A DNA stretch of 64,000 nt, from assembly GCA_951406725.2 (NCBI GenBank), contig OX597816.1:180916001-180980000 (forward strand), given 5' to 3'. Under the pieces are notes generated by a model. It saw only the letters and a list, made by a program, of their open reading frames with translations. It was not told where the DNA came from and made no database searches. Positions 46,477 through 59,609 of this stretch are shown here, in pieces. The position numbers and the translations under genes were made by a program. The number at the start of each line of letters is the position of its first letter. Positions within the stretch are counted from its first letter, which is position 1. The stretch is from Octopus vulgaris (Eukaryota).

Positions 46477-46805
46477 GTGTGCGCGTGTGTGTGTTAAATA
46501 AAATGAGATATCACCGTAAGCTTGCCGAAAACATGCTCAATGTCTCTGTAGCAAACTTTCCAAGTTTAATGCAAAATTTCACATTGGCTCTTTATTCTAA
46601 CTCCCTGTCCATGACCAAAATCCCAGTCTACAGCAGACACATGATCACATAAACACAAATTTCACAACTTGCAAAGTGAACACAGCAATGTCACTCAGCT
46701 CTCTGCCTCATGAAGGTCACTGCTAGCTCTCACTACACATGCAACCATGTGCTGCCATCTGTTAGTGCGCTACAGAACTAGTCCGAGAACTTTTTGATAT
46801 CACCT

Positions 46806-46894
<89 letters not shown>

Positions 46895-47842
46895 GTGTGT
46901 GTATATATACATATATATATATATATATAACATATGTGTGTGTGTGTATGTGTATGGGAAGTGTCGAACCAGACAGCTTGGAAAGGCTATGGATTGACCT
47001 CAAAAATGAAAAGATAAAACTTAACACCTTCATTATGTATTGAGAACTAAATTTTGAAAGGTGTCTACTTTGTTTGAATCCTACCAGCGAAGAACAGGTT
47101 ACACACAAGCGCGCGCGCACACACGCACACATTCTTTTAAGAGAGAGACAGACAGAATGAACGAGAAAGAAAAGGTGAGGGAAAAGGGAGAAGACAGATA
47201 TTAGAGAAAGTTTAGAAGTTATGAAATGAATCTTTTTCTACATATTCCAGTCCAGTGCAGAATTACCACCTAATATTTACTGCCAAATAGTGATGGAAAT
47301 TATATAAAGAATTAGGTTGCGTTACTATAAGTCATCTTCCTTACATCATGCAACATAATTTTTATTTATTTCACAACTAACCGTAAAATGAGACGTTTTC
47401 AAGTATGAACGAATACCAACCACAGACATGTTGTTAACTCTGATTATATTACTTTGGCGAAAATAACTGCGTATTTTTTTCAAAATAAGTAGCAGGAAAT
47501 TATTGAAATATTTTCTGGAATATGTTATCGATATTAATAAATTACGAAGTGTACTTGGTTTGATGAAATTGGCAGAAAGGCCGTATTTAGTACGGCTTTC
47601 TTTTTCGCATTCTAAATTCGAATTTTTGCCTTGCATTGTATTATCGCCTCGAGGCCATAGAATGAATTACCAGTCAAGTTTTTTAGGTAATTTAATTGGT
47701 TATACCCTTTCCACAAAATGTGTGACTAGATATCAATGTTAGAAATGGAATTTATTTTTATTAGAATCATTGTTAAGGTGGCGAGCTGGCAAAAACGTTA
47801 ACATACCAAATGCTTGGCGGCATTTTGTCCGTCTTTATGTTC

Positions 47843-48900
47843 TCTCGGCTATTGGTTGTCGAGGTGTTTTGATAGTCTGGTGATTATAACCTTTGTAAGC
47901 AGCTTATAGTGGTGAGACGAGGATTATGGGACGATAGTTTTTTTAAATCTTCTTTATCGCTTTTCTTATAAAGCAAGATGGTATTTGACTCTTTTCACAG
48001 TGAGAGTATTTTACTATTCAGATAGTGATTGAAGTGTAGAACGAGGATTTTCCATATCTCTTCACCTCTCTGCCTTCACATCTATGCTGTGGAGGCCATC
48101 TTTCTCAGGAGTTTTGTCTGTTTTTCGTCAGTTAAAGTGCCTCTTCAATTCTACTGTCCAGAATAGGTGACACTTTTTCCAACATTTGTAGCGGAGGATC
48201 GAGTTCCACTGATGATTTAAAAAGGTTGTTGTAGGAGGTATTGTATACCTCTTCCATCTCCCCTTTATCTGTCACCATGAGTCCATTCTTGTTCTTAAGC
48301 GCTGTCACCTTTGACTAAAAGAGTGTCAGCCCTCTCCTGCATCATTTTAGACTTCTCCTTTCCTCTGCAGCCTGTATTAGGTCTTTTTTTATAATCTATA
48401 ACTCTCGAAGTCATTTCTCAGATGTCTGAGAGCTATGCAAAAAACGGAATACTCGAGGCGAACTTTCATGTGCATCTTTTCCGTTTCTCTTAGCATTTTC
48501 CTCGCCTTTGCCGAAATTCTTCCTTAAGGCTCCCGCTGGCTTGCAGTTCTTGCTTTCCATATACAGCTTTTAATTTTCTGGACCAGCAAATTGTAGTTCT
48601 CATCGTGCTCTTCAATTTAACTTCAACTTCCTCCTTCATAGTTTCCTGCATCTGCTTCACGTCAAAGGCATTGACGTGTAGAGCCTTTTCCTCTCTAATT
48701 TCACCGGCTGTGTTGCATGGTGTAGTGACTGGGACGTCCTGCAGTAGGCACCGTTTATCGACGATGTAGTCGATTTAATTTCTGTGTTGAGCTTTTGGGG
48801 ATATCTAGGTCCATATCCTTCCAGGTTGAATCCTAAATAAGCTGTTCCCAAAGTAGTCTTATTTTTGCCATGGTAACCAAAGGTTCTCCTCATTTGGTTC
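47843..48900 (-). mobile_element. Degenerate RTE-like LINE fragment (linker plus RT N-terminus)
   Basis: Minus-strand pieces translate to ALKNKNGLMVTDKGEMEEV...YNNLFKSS and KKGDKEDLKNYRPIILVSPLYKLLTKVI, with stops and frameshifts. Confidence 0.75.
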
Positions 48901-49183
48901 TCTTTCCTGGTACAAACTTACCAACATATACCTCTCCATGTGCTCCTTTTCAAACGAGATGGCTTTTGGAAAAAATTTGTAAAACCAAACATTCCCGTAT
49001 ATTCTGCCCGGGTCGATGGAAACCACAGCATTTCAAACATCGGTCGTGGTTTTCTTCAGCTGCATTTTTGATTTCACACTGCAAATCCTAGGTTTTGTCA
49101 CTTTCCTTCCTTGATTTTCTATTAATTCTTAGATAAAACTAAAGGCGTCAAATTTTTGTGATATATTTAATAATAATAATAAC

Positions 49184-49214
<31 letters not shown>

Positions 49215-50004
49215 TTTTAACATGTCATAAGAGTTAAATAAATTTAAAAATACGTTTAACAGGGAGCTTACAGACATGTATGGAATGGAATAAATGTGTT
49301 ATGGAAAGACGAAGAGAGTGTATGAAAGATTTATGAAATGTATGATTATAAGAATTTCAAAGAAAATATAAACAACGAACAAATATTTACCACGAAGTAT
49401 AATTTACAGAGAATCACAATAAATAAAACAAGATATATTCATTAAGCTTAAATGTTCACTTTCGTCGATCAGAGAAACCCATTTTCCAGATTACAGCTTC
49501 TCTACGATGTTCCTGCATTGTTCCTAAAAGATGATTCAAGAATTTTCCGTGAGGAGCTCTTGGGTTACAGCGGGCGAGGCCTCACGTCTTGTGATAATTG
49601 AGAAATTAATAGCTTGTGATTTCTTTCAGAAATTTGTAGTTGTATTCTGTCTTGCTTCTACTATTTAATTTATCGCATTTCCTTCTCGATACTTCCTTAG
49701 GAAATTGATGATGAATTTCGTACAAGTGGCTTAGAACTTTGTTAGCGTTAGAATTTCGTTTCAGTCAGGGTAGGGAATGGTTTCCTTATACACAAAAGAT
49801 GGGCTTCCCTTCATAGGAAATGAAATTCTTTGCAGCTGTGAGTTACCCTATTTACAGAAAGAGAACCTTCACTTGTGGTACTTTCTTTTCGAAGAATTCT
49901 GCTTCTCTTTTGCGGCATCCTCATGCTCCACATCATACATGCATACGTGCATACATACATACATACATACATACATACATAGAACCCCTTCCTACACACA
50001 TATA

Positions 50005-50231
50005 TATTTCTTTACTACCCACAAGGGGCTAAACATAGAGAGGACAAACAAGGACAGACAAAGGGATTAAGTCGATTTCATCGACCCCAGTGCGAAATTG
50101 GTACTTAATTTATCGACTCCGAAAGGATGAAAGGCAAATTCGACCTCGGCGGAATTTGAACTCACAACGTAACGACAGGCGAAATACCGCTTAGCATTTC
50201 GCCCGGCGCGCTAACGTTTCTGCCATCTCGC
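50005..50231 (-). mobile_element. tRNA-derived SINE with Meta-SINE-like domain
   Basis: Highly similar to 23805-24042. Confidence 0.88.
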
Positions 50232-50485
50232 AGTAATATACACACATCTAAACATCCCTGTTTGCATACACACATTGCATATATATATTTACATACATAC
50301 ATATACTGGCGGTACATATATGTACTATCGGTATATGTACATTTTAAAGGAATACATATGACAAAACAACTGCCAAAACAAGGAACACGTACAAGTTACC
50401 CATTAACCAGTACTTAGAATTACTCGGAAAGGAGATCCAGAAGAACTATAGAACAACAAATAGGAATACACTGAGAAAAGTAAAC

Positions 50486-52720
50486 TTGGAGATTAAGAAA
50501 ATAATGGTTAATTACGGAATTCAAATGAGAACACAGCCGCTTAGCCCTAAACAACCTAGATTCATTGTTAAGGACCACAAACCAAATTTCTACACCAACC
50601 CAGCGTTAAGGCTCATATGCCCTTCTAGTTCTGACATCGGCGCCATCAGTAAATACATTTTAGACAAATATATTCCTAGTTTAGTCAATAAGCTGAAGCT
50701 TAACCTCTGGGCGAACTCTTCGCAGGTCGTTAGGTGGTTCTCTGCTATCCCTAATAAAAACCGAACTAAGTTCATTCAGTTCGATATTGCTAATTTCTAC
50801 CCCTCAATTAACCCTAGTGTACTTAATAAGGCCCTGTGGCATGCACACAATAAGGCAGGTCTCTCTAGAGAAGAAATTGATATAATTCTAGTCGCCAGGA
50901 AATCATTTATAGAGTTTGAAAATAAGTTGTGGGTTCGTAAAGATACTCCCAACGAGTTCGATGTGCCCATGGGTAGTTCAGATAGCGCGCAGATTGCCGA
51001 TTTGGTCGGAATCTATATTCTCTACGAATTATCCGACCAATTCCCGGATATCGGGGGCGGCCTATATCGTGACGATTGTCTGTTTTACCTACAAAACACC
51101 CCGAACAGAATCGTACAGAAAACTAAAAACAGATTAGCTAGGTTCTTTAATAGGATGGGCATGAGTATAGTTTTTGATAACGAGCTTACTAAGGCTAATT
51201 TCTTAGATGTCACACTAAACCTCCATAGCGATTCGTACTGCCCTTACCACAAGCCTTCCACTAACTTAAAGTATGTCAGTGTCTTCTCGAATCACGCTAA
51301 AACTATAACAGACAATTTGGTTAAAAATATTTCTCAAAGACTAACTAATTTGTCTGCCAATGTCGACATTTTTAGGCAGAAAGCGGAATTTTATAATGCC
51401 GCCCTGTCTAAAGCCGGTTATAGGGAGAAAATAGTATATATAGATCCGGCCCTTCCGATGCCAGCATTCAGTCATCAGGATAGGGCCGGATACAATAACA
51501 TAAATAATTTAAGTACTGATGGTAGCCTGAGGAATGTCGAAACTAGTACATCTAGAATAAATTTAGGTAACATAAATAATTTGCGGTCCAGGGGAGGCCA
51601 TAGTAAGCCAAAACCTATTATTCAACCTAGAAATAACCACCTTAATGTCAGAGTTGACTCCCCGACCCAGTACAAAAACAGGAATAAATATATTTGGTTT
51701 GTAATTCCCTTTGGTAAACAAATAAGATCTAATCTACCCCTGCAGTTTCGCCAAGCTATTGCCAGTAACTTTCCCAGAAATTCCAGATATTACGCCACTG
51801 GTAACTCACACAAAGTTAGGATAGCCTTCTCTAATACGAAAAATCTCTCACAGATAATTTCCTCCCATAACAATAAGCTGCTAAACAAGACCCTCTTACC
51901 CACGTTCGGAGACGCAGCTCCGTCTAATGCCAGAATAACGCGCAGTATTAATAAAAATAAGAATAATGGTAATAGAACCGGCACAGAGATTAGCAATCTC
52001 CATACCAGGCATGGAGCTAATAATAGGAATAATGATAGGAGCAATGGTGACGACTCTAACGTTAGTAATGGGAATAGGGATGAGAGCACTGTCCGAGTCA
52101 TTAATGTAGAGAGTCCCAATAACAATTTTAGCAACGGGTTTGACAACAGTAGCATCACGGACATTAGCAATCACAGCGATCTCAGTGGCAGGGAATATAT
52201 AGGTGATATTCCATTAAATAGTATTGATAATGGGGTGTATAATGTCGAAGACAGCCGTAGTTCTCACAATCATAATAGTAATAAGAACGCTGTGTTAATA
52301 TCGGAAGCCAATCCCAATAGAATAAGGTTCTTATCTAATAATTCCAAGATTAGAAATGCCATTTACCAATGCAGAGTTTATACTGGATCGGATGTCTACT
52401 CGTATATCGGAGCGTCATCATCAAAATTGGCCGTGAGAATATCGAACCACTTCACAACTTTTTGCGATTTTAGAAAACAACACGCTACCGGACTAAGTAA
52501 ATTAATCTGGCGTTTGAAGAACGCGAATTCAGCATTTAGACTGGAATGGTCGATTTTATCGGTGGCTGTACCGTTTGATAGGGGCAAAAGAATCTGTAAT
52601 CTCTGCAACGCTGAGCTTTTTCAAATTTTGTTCGCCCGAGGGCAGCTAGTGAACGGGATTTTGCAACACTCTTTCAGATGTCCCCACTGGAGGCGACTGA
52701 CATTTCTTGCATACAATTGA
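50486..52720 (+). CDS. PLE reverse transcriptase + GIY-YIG endonuclease (uninterrupted frame, N-terminus missing)
   Basis: Motifs KDHKPNF, IQFDIANFYPS, DVPMGS, GLYRDD, NFLDVTLNL, AIYQC...SYIG, CNLCNAE and RCPH. The TTG start is not a true start. Confidence 0.92.
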   Translation: MEIKKIMVNYGIQMRTQPLSPKQPRFIVKDHKPNFYTNPALRLICPSSSDIGAISKYILDKYIPSLVNKLKLNLWANSSQVVRWFSAIPNKNRTKFIQFDIANFYPSINPSVLNKALWHAHNKAGLSREEIDIILVARKSFIEFENKLWVRKDTPNEFDVPMGSSDSAQIADLVGIYILYELSDQFPDIGGGLYRDDCLFYLQNTPNRIVQKTKNRLARFFNRMGMSIVFDNELTKANFLDVTLNLHSDSYCPYHKPSTNLKYVSVFSNHAKTITDNLVKNISQRLTNLSANVDIFRQKAEFYNAALSKAGYREKIVYIDPALPMPAFSHQDRAGYNNINNLSTDGSLRNVETSTSRINLGNINNLRSRGGHSKPKPIIQPRNNHLNVRVDSPTQYKNRNKYIWFVIPFGKQIRSNLPLQFRQAIASNFPRNSRYYATGNSHKVRIAFSNTKNLSQIISSHNNKLLNKTLLPTFGDAAPSNARITRSINKNKNNGNRTGTEISNLHTRHGANNRNNDRSNGDDSNVSNGNRDESTVRVINVESPNNNFSNGFDNSSITDISNHSDLSGREYIGDIPLNSIDNGVYNVEDSRSSHNHNSNKNAVLISEANPNRIRFLSNNSKIRNAIYQCRVYTGSDVYSYIGASSSKLAVRISNHFTTFCDFRKQHATGLSKLIWRLKNANSAFRLEWSILSVAVPFDRGKRICNLCNAELFQILFARGQLVNGILQHSFRCPHWRRLTFLAYN

Positions 52721-53341
52721 AGCCTAAGATAATTAACACCTTGATGTCATAAGAAAAGAAAAAAATTGTTTGGAAGAAATTTGGAAAAAATTTTGAATTG
52801 AATTTGAAAGGGAAATTACTCCCATTTAGCGTATGTTCTGCTACTTTTTTAGAAACAATATTAGGGATTATACTCCCCTGTTTTTTGACAAGTCATCTGT
52901 ATATAAACTGGTCATAGACGAACACACAGACACAGAATTTTATCAGCCGCTTGACCAGCAATGCCTACAATACAATATATTTTCTCTCTAGCTGCTTCCT
53001 AACATACTGCCACACATACATAGGCGCATACACACACACATACATGTAGGTAGTTCCTCACACCCTAATTAGATAGCTGTCATTCTTAAAACAATTTGAA
53101 CATTAACACTAGTTATACAGAATATATTCACACTCTTTGGGTTTTCTGTGATTCTTCCCCTACCTGATTTGACCGTGGTTTGACCTAGGTTTATACCAAC
53201 GGATTTTTTCGTCGGCCTTCACCCACTCTGACGTCAGCGCATATTGAGAGACAGTTTTGTGCCATTTTTACCATGGGCTCCTAGGGAGCGCTTTGTTCGA
53301 AAAGCTTGCTGCGCATTTGTTTTGAGATTTTAAATTCCTGG

Positions 53342-53427
53342 ATTTTCCTGAAGAGAAAGCTGCAGAATGGTCTCCTTATTCAATCCGAATTTGGGAATTT
53401 GCAGCCTTTGAAACATGTGTAGAAAAT
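53342..53427 (+). ncRNA. Minimal type-I hammerhead ribozyme in PLE2 3' pseudo-LTR
   Basis: Stem I ATTTTC/GAAAAT, core CTGAAGA, stem II gaaagctgca/tgcagccttt, then GAAA-C-ATGT-GTA. Predicted cleavage after 53421. Confidence 0.87.
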
Positions 53428-53479
53428 AATAAAAAGGAATTTTGTAGAATCTTCGTTCGGCTCCATTTCTTCCCTTCAC

Positions 53480-53970
<491 letters not shown>

Positions 53971-54129
53971 ATTTTTATATACAAGTGATTGGACAAACGA
54001 AAGAAATCCAGCACATTAATCACATTTAAGAGTTACATATATCATTTAAAAACAACTTGACTCGGCACCACGCAACTTCAGGTTTTCTAGGCTTCTTATA
54101 GAAACGTTAAGCTGCATGAGGCCGAATCA

Positions 54130-54185
<56 letters not shown>

Positions 54186-54189
54186 TACC

Positions 54190-54229
<40 letters not shown>

Positions 54230-54231
<2 letters not shown>

Positions 54232-55111
54232 GAGAGCGAATAATGCAGATATTGACAAAGCCCTGACCCATCAATGGCTAATAGCCTCTGGCTTAAAATC
54301 TGAAACAGAAGGGCTTATCATAGCAGCTCAAGATCAATGCCTACCAACAAGAAACTACCAGGCCAACATATTAAAGAACGGCAGTAGCCCAACATGTCGT
54401 GTATGCCGACAACAAAATGAAACCATTGATCAAGTTGTCTCCAAATGTCTTCTAGCGCCTACAGAGTACCTCAACAGGCATGATAGAGCTGCACAATATA
54501 TTTACTGGGTAATTTGCAAAAACCTGGATTTGCCCCATGAAAAAATCTGGTGGGAACACAATCCACCTCCAGTGCTTGAAAATGACAGAAAGATAGATGC
54601 AAATAGGCCAGACATCATATTGAAAGACTTCAGACAAAGAACATGCCTCTTCATTGATATGACTGTCCCAATCGATATAAACGTATCTGTCAAGACCTAC
54701 CAAAAACTGAGCAAATATGAAGATCTTGAAATAGAAATCAGCAAAATGTGGAACCTGAAGACTAAAACAATACCTGTTGTCATAGGTGCCCTGGGAATGA
54801 TAGCGAAAGGGGCTGATTGCTACCTAACTCAGATACCAGGAAACCCCAAAATGGCAGAAATTCAAAAGATAGTGCTCATGGGAACTGCTCATATCCTACG
54901 CAAAATACTCTCTATGTAATCCCAAGGTTTAAAACAATTTTTTTTAAAATTTATGTATTAGACATTCACTAGTACAACACCAAAAAACCCCCCAAATATA
55001 TGACACACTAGGCATAACAAGAATGTGAACTTCCAACCTGTTGTCTCTTGAGCTCTTTGGGTGAGACTTGGAGCCAACTTGTACATACATAAAGCAAAAG
55101 TCAAACATAGG

Positions 55112-55112
<1 letters not shown>
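54230..55112 (+). mobile_element. 5'-truncated R4/Dong-like non-LTR element (zinc knuckle + restriction-like endonuclease) inserted in (TAA)n
   Basis: ETEGLIIAAQDQ, CRVC...ETIDQVVSKC, RHD, RPDII...FID, KLSKY and PVVIGALG. Stop at 54919. (TAA)n on both sides. Confidence 0.9.
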
Positions 55113-55170
<58 letters not shown>

Positions 55171-55172
<2 letters not shown>

Positions 55173-55724
55173 CCTGATGCAATACCAGGCAGTGGCTCTC
55201 ATGGCTTCTGATCTTAACTGATTGGAAGTGTGATCATGTACATTGTTTTGTCTTGGTATAAAAGATGGGCTACAGCAAATATTCTGCTCAATACCACAGA
55301 TTTGCTTGTCAGTTGTTTGACCTTAACCAGTTGAGCATGTCCCTTAGTGGCTGACGATATGTGCATCTCTGATCACGAGCAGAAGTAGTGGGGAGCATCA
55401 TAGCCATGTGTTGAGAGGGATTCTTTGGGGTTTGAATAATTCACCTCTGGAAACATGGGTGGTTCTTTCAACATCCTTAAACAACCCTTATTCAGGGACC
55501 TTTTGAGCGGGATGGGCTACTCAACCCGAAGAAAATTCTAACTGGGCCCCACCTGCAAGGTCATGTGCTGTTTATCTTGATATGAGATCACCATGTCGCG
55601 CACATATGGTTGTGATGCATGTGCCTGGTGTACCCTTATCAGACGGGTAGTCATGATGGGTATATTGGGCTTCGTATATTTTACCCCCAGTGTCACTTTG
55701 ATGGCATGAACTGCTCTCTCACTC
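55171..55724 (+). mobile_element. Non-coding ~550-bp insert bounded by (TAA)n, probably the 3' UTR of a second TAA-targeting element
   Basis: Higher-complexity block sharply bounded by TAA arrays. No recognisable ORF. Confidence 0.5.
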
Positions 55725-55731
55725 AATAATG

Positions 55732-55776
<45 letters not shown>

Positions 55777-55777
55777 G

Positions 55778-55997
55778 TTTCAAATTTTTCCACAAGGGCA
55801 GCAATTTTGGGGACGGGGATGAGTCTTTAAATTGACCTTAGTGTTCAGTACTTGTTTTATCGACTTGTTTTATCGACCTCGAAGAATGAAAGGCAAAGTT
55901 AACCTCGGCGGAATTTGAACTCAGAACGTAGCGACAGGTGAAATACTGCTAAGCATTTCGTTCAGCGTGCTAACGATTCTGCCAGCTTGCCGCCTTA
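55778..55997 (-). mobile_element. tRNA-derived SINE with Meta-SINE-like domain
   Basis: Similar to 9175-9385. Confidence 0.85.
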
Positions 55998-56027
55998 GTG
56001 ATGATGATGATGAGGATGATGATGATG

Positions 56028-56067
<40 letters not shown>

Positions 56068-57460
56068 GAAGAAGAAGAAGAAGAAGAAGAAGATGAAGAT
56101 CTTCCATTTTGGCTACGATTAGAGAAGCAACAATTACTTTTGCTCTTCAGATATTTTTTCTATTCTGTTCTTTTGTGTGTTGTTGGTAGTTTCTAGACTA
56201 AAGGGAATAGGATGATGGAGTAAGGGGATTGTTGGAATACAAAACTGAAACTATTTACTTCATCGTTCAGTGTTCAATTTCCATCGAGGTCATTGTAGAT
56301 TCGATGTATTCCGTTACGAGAATAAAATAAGTAACAGAAATGTTCTATGATTGAATCAATCGATGAAATACACCCCTTCCCAAATATATTTTTACGTCAG
56401 AACGGAAATGACTTAACAAAGATCGAAAACTTGGCTTGTTTGGATCTTAACACCATTCTACAATATTTCTGATACAGACGTAGATAAAAATAAATATGAG
56501 AAGAAAGAGAGAGAGAGAGAGGATGAGAGAGAGAAAGTTTCGGGTGATGATAAGTCTGGTAGTGTTGTGGAGAGGTTTTGTGCCAATATATATATGTGCG
56601 TATATGTGTGTATCTAAGTGTGTGTGTGTCGACATACATACACACCTGCATATATACATATGCACATACGTATATGTGTATATAATGTACATACATGTAT
56701 GTACACACACACAATATGTTACATTTATTTCTTAATTCTCGCTGCTTCGTATGTTTATATATATATATAACTATCTATCTATACACGCACACACGCATAC
56801 AAACACGCTCACACTCTTACAAATATAAGTCTATATGTGTGTGTGTATGTTTGTATATGTGTGTGCGTGCGAGTGTGTGTGCATGTATGCATGTGTGTGC
56901 GTGTGTGTTTGCGTTTGTGTGTAAATAGGGAACACCTATTTTTCAAACATTTTCTATTAAATCAAGTGTATGTTTAAGTTTGATCTTTCTATTGAATTTT
57001 TTTACTAACGTCTCAGTAACTGAAACTATTAATATAATATTGGATAACTTGTACACACATCACGCTATAAAACCATCTGCTTTGCGTGAAAACATTGCGA
57101 AAAAGGTGGTCGTCGTCGGCCTGTCTACGAGGTAATCTATACCCCCCACCCCCACCAAAGGAGAGGCTAGTTATAGGTTTCCTTTTCCGCCACAAATTCA
57201 TGACATCATACTTGTCTACTGCAGAGAATGTAGTCGCTTCCAACTATAAACTACACTACTATCTACGCTGTATATGTTGATGTGATTTTACAATTTAACA
57301 TAACTAGCATAAATTCAGTTCATAATATTATTAAACGTAACAGTAAATAATTGTTACCTTAATTTAGCACCTCAATACAAACTAGTAAATTCTTATACAA
57401 GTATAGCCATAGAAAGCAAAATATGGCAATGTTACAAAATATCAGCTGTTAAATATAAGA

Positions 57461-58517
57461 TTAGGTCGGAAAGCAAGTCCTGTGGCTTGTCTGACCGGGT
57501 CATTTTGAGGGTACATTTCCAATCCTTAACGTTTTTTCCTTCTTTTTCTGCAGATTACCATAGTGATGAAATTCGTATCGATTTTACCCTTCTAAAATGA
57601 GTTTAGATCAGACTTACATCAAACACTGCATGCAGTAGGAATTCAAAAGGAGTTCTTCAGTAATGGAAGCGACAAGAAATATTTGTTCTGACAATGAAAG
57701 GAAGTTTTAAATAATTTGGACATGCCAAAGATGATTTGACCTCTTTCTCTCTGGAATTGTTTTCTTTCGCAGATGCCTTTCAATGTGGACGATCAGGTTT
57801 TATCAATATTGAGCTACTGAAAACCATAATTCATGAAAATTTAAAGAAAACTGTACGGATATTAACATAACATAGCAATTCACATCACACTTTAATCATA
57901 AAACACCTTCATGAATTAAGAAAAGTGTCTAAACCTGGTTATCCCCCCCCCCCCATCGTCTGACTGATTCTCAGCCTAATCAAAGAGTTACCCTTTGCTC
58001 GTCAATGAAGAGTATACTTGTTGCTGAACCTTTTCTGAATAGAATTATCACAAGGGTTTAAAACTGGATTCCCCATAATAATATCCAATGAACACGATTG
58101 GCGCCCAATGAAAAAAGCGCACTCATTGGTAAATCGTAAAGAGGATTTGCTCTTACACAATATTTATTATAAGCCCACCTAATGCCCAAATTACTCAAGA
58201 AAACATTATGATACTAAATATGGAAGTTTTGCCTCATCTTCCTGACTTTCCTGACTTTGCTTCATCTGACAATCATCCTTTTCATATCATTGCAACATTA
58301 TTTAGAGAGAAACAGTTTATTAATTGTGGAGGTTGTAAAGACTGTATCGAGTGATTATTTACCTCGAAACTGGAAGAATTTTGTGTTCGAGGAATCATCA
58401 ATATTCCAGATAGATAGGATTATCTTATCAATAATGAGGGTAAAATTAGCGTGGTCAAATATATGGATTTGTTTCTTTCCCACTTTAAAATGTGATAGGA
58501 CTTTCTTTCCAACTTAA
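57461..58517 (+). mobile_element. Degenerate mariner transposon with both TIRs
   Basis: TIRs TTAGGTCGGAAAGCAAGTCC / GGACTTTCTTTCCAACTTAA. Remnant MEVLPHLPDFPDFASSDNHPF corresponds to mariner WEVLPHPPYSPDLAPSDYHLF. N-terminal EATRNICS. Confidence 0.82.
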
Positions 58518-59003
58518 CACCTCAGATAAGGTTTAGAATTTTCATCACTCAAGAGGCTTTGAATAATGAAGTCCGATGCTAAAACTGGCACAATTACTAC
58601 TTCAATAGATTAGTTGACCAAACTGCGGAAGAATACAATTACAAATGCATCTTGACAGATGCAAAAGATGCAGCATCCAGAGAAAATATACAGCTTCCAC
58701 ATATTGTATAAGAACCAGATTCACACTGATTATATAATGAATGAATTTATAACTTAAAAGTTCATAAATCAGAACACAGCTCTTAACACACGGAACCTCA
58801 AACTTATACTTAGGATATATTATAATAATATCCGAATGAAAATTTTCTTACCAACACAAAACAAAAAACTAACAAACAGAAGAACGTTCCGCAGAAAACC
58901 ATTTTTATATTAATAATATATTTCATTTGCATTACTGCAAAACCGCAAGTGATAGCTTTCAAATGTTCTCAATCTCTCTCTTCATAACAGGCACATACGC
59001 AAA

Positions 59004-59043
<40 letters not shown>

Positions 59044-59090
59044 GCACGCACGCAAACATGCGCTCACGCACACAGTGTATATACATATAT

Positions 59091-59160
<70 letters not shown>

Positions 59161-59165
<5 letters not shown>

Positions 59166-59351
59166 CGTTAGCCCCTACACGCAATTTTTTTCTCTCCTTG
59201 TTTCTTTTCCGAGTATCTTTCTGTCGAAGAGCGTAGGCTCGAAACGTAAAAGACTTGTTCTATTTCTATTCCTGAGCGCCATACTAATACAATTGTTTGT
59301 TTGTACTCCACCTGCCTTCGTCTTTTGTTTATTTTCGTAAACCTTCCCGTT
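59161..59351 (+). mobile_element. Family B short TA-inserted element with variant hammerhead at 59216-59253
   Basis: TCTTT-CTGTCGA-A-GAGC-gtag-GCTC-GAAA-CGTA-AAAGA. TA repeats on both sides. Confidence 0.72.
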
Positions 59352-59577
59352 ATATATACACATATATATATATAAATACATATACTTACACACACAGGGT
59401 TTCAGTTTATATACGAGAGAAGAAAGTGCTTCAGACGTGGTACGTAGCTTATTTATTTGAAGCTGAGGTTTCTCTCCATTGCCATTCTCGCTTTTTCACG
59501 AGAAATCCAAAAACATGAAATCCAGATAAGTACCGGAGGGATACCTACCTACCTACCTACCTACCTACATACATACA

Positions 59578-59609
<32 letters not shown>

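Larger units (their letters stand above)
50372..53482 (+). mobile_element. Penelope-like element 2, 5'-truncated, ending in (TA)n
   Basis: In-frame homology to PLE1 begins at ~50372 (AKTRNTYKL...YLELLGKEIQK). Followed by the ORF, a ~760-bp 3' region containing an HHR, then a TA array. Confidence 0.92.

Noticed and set aside
54116-54230. Poly-Ile N-terminus on the R4-like ORF suggesting a signal peptide
   Set aside because: It is the flanking (TAA)n target read in frame, not part of the protein.
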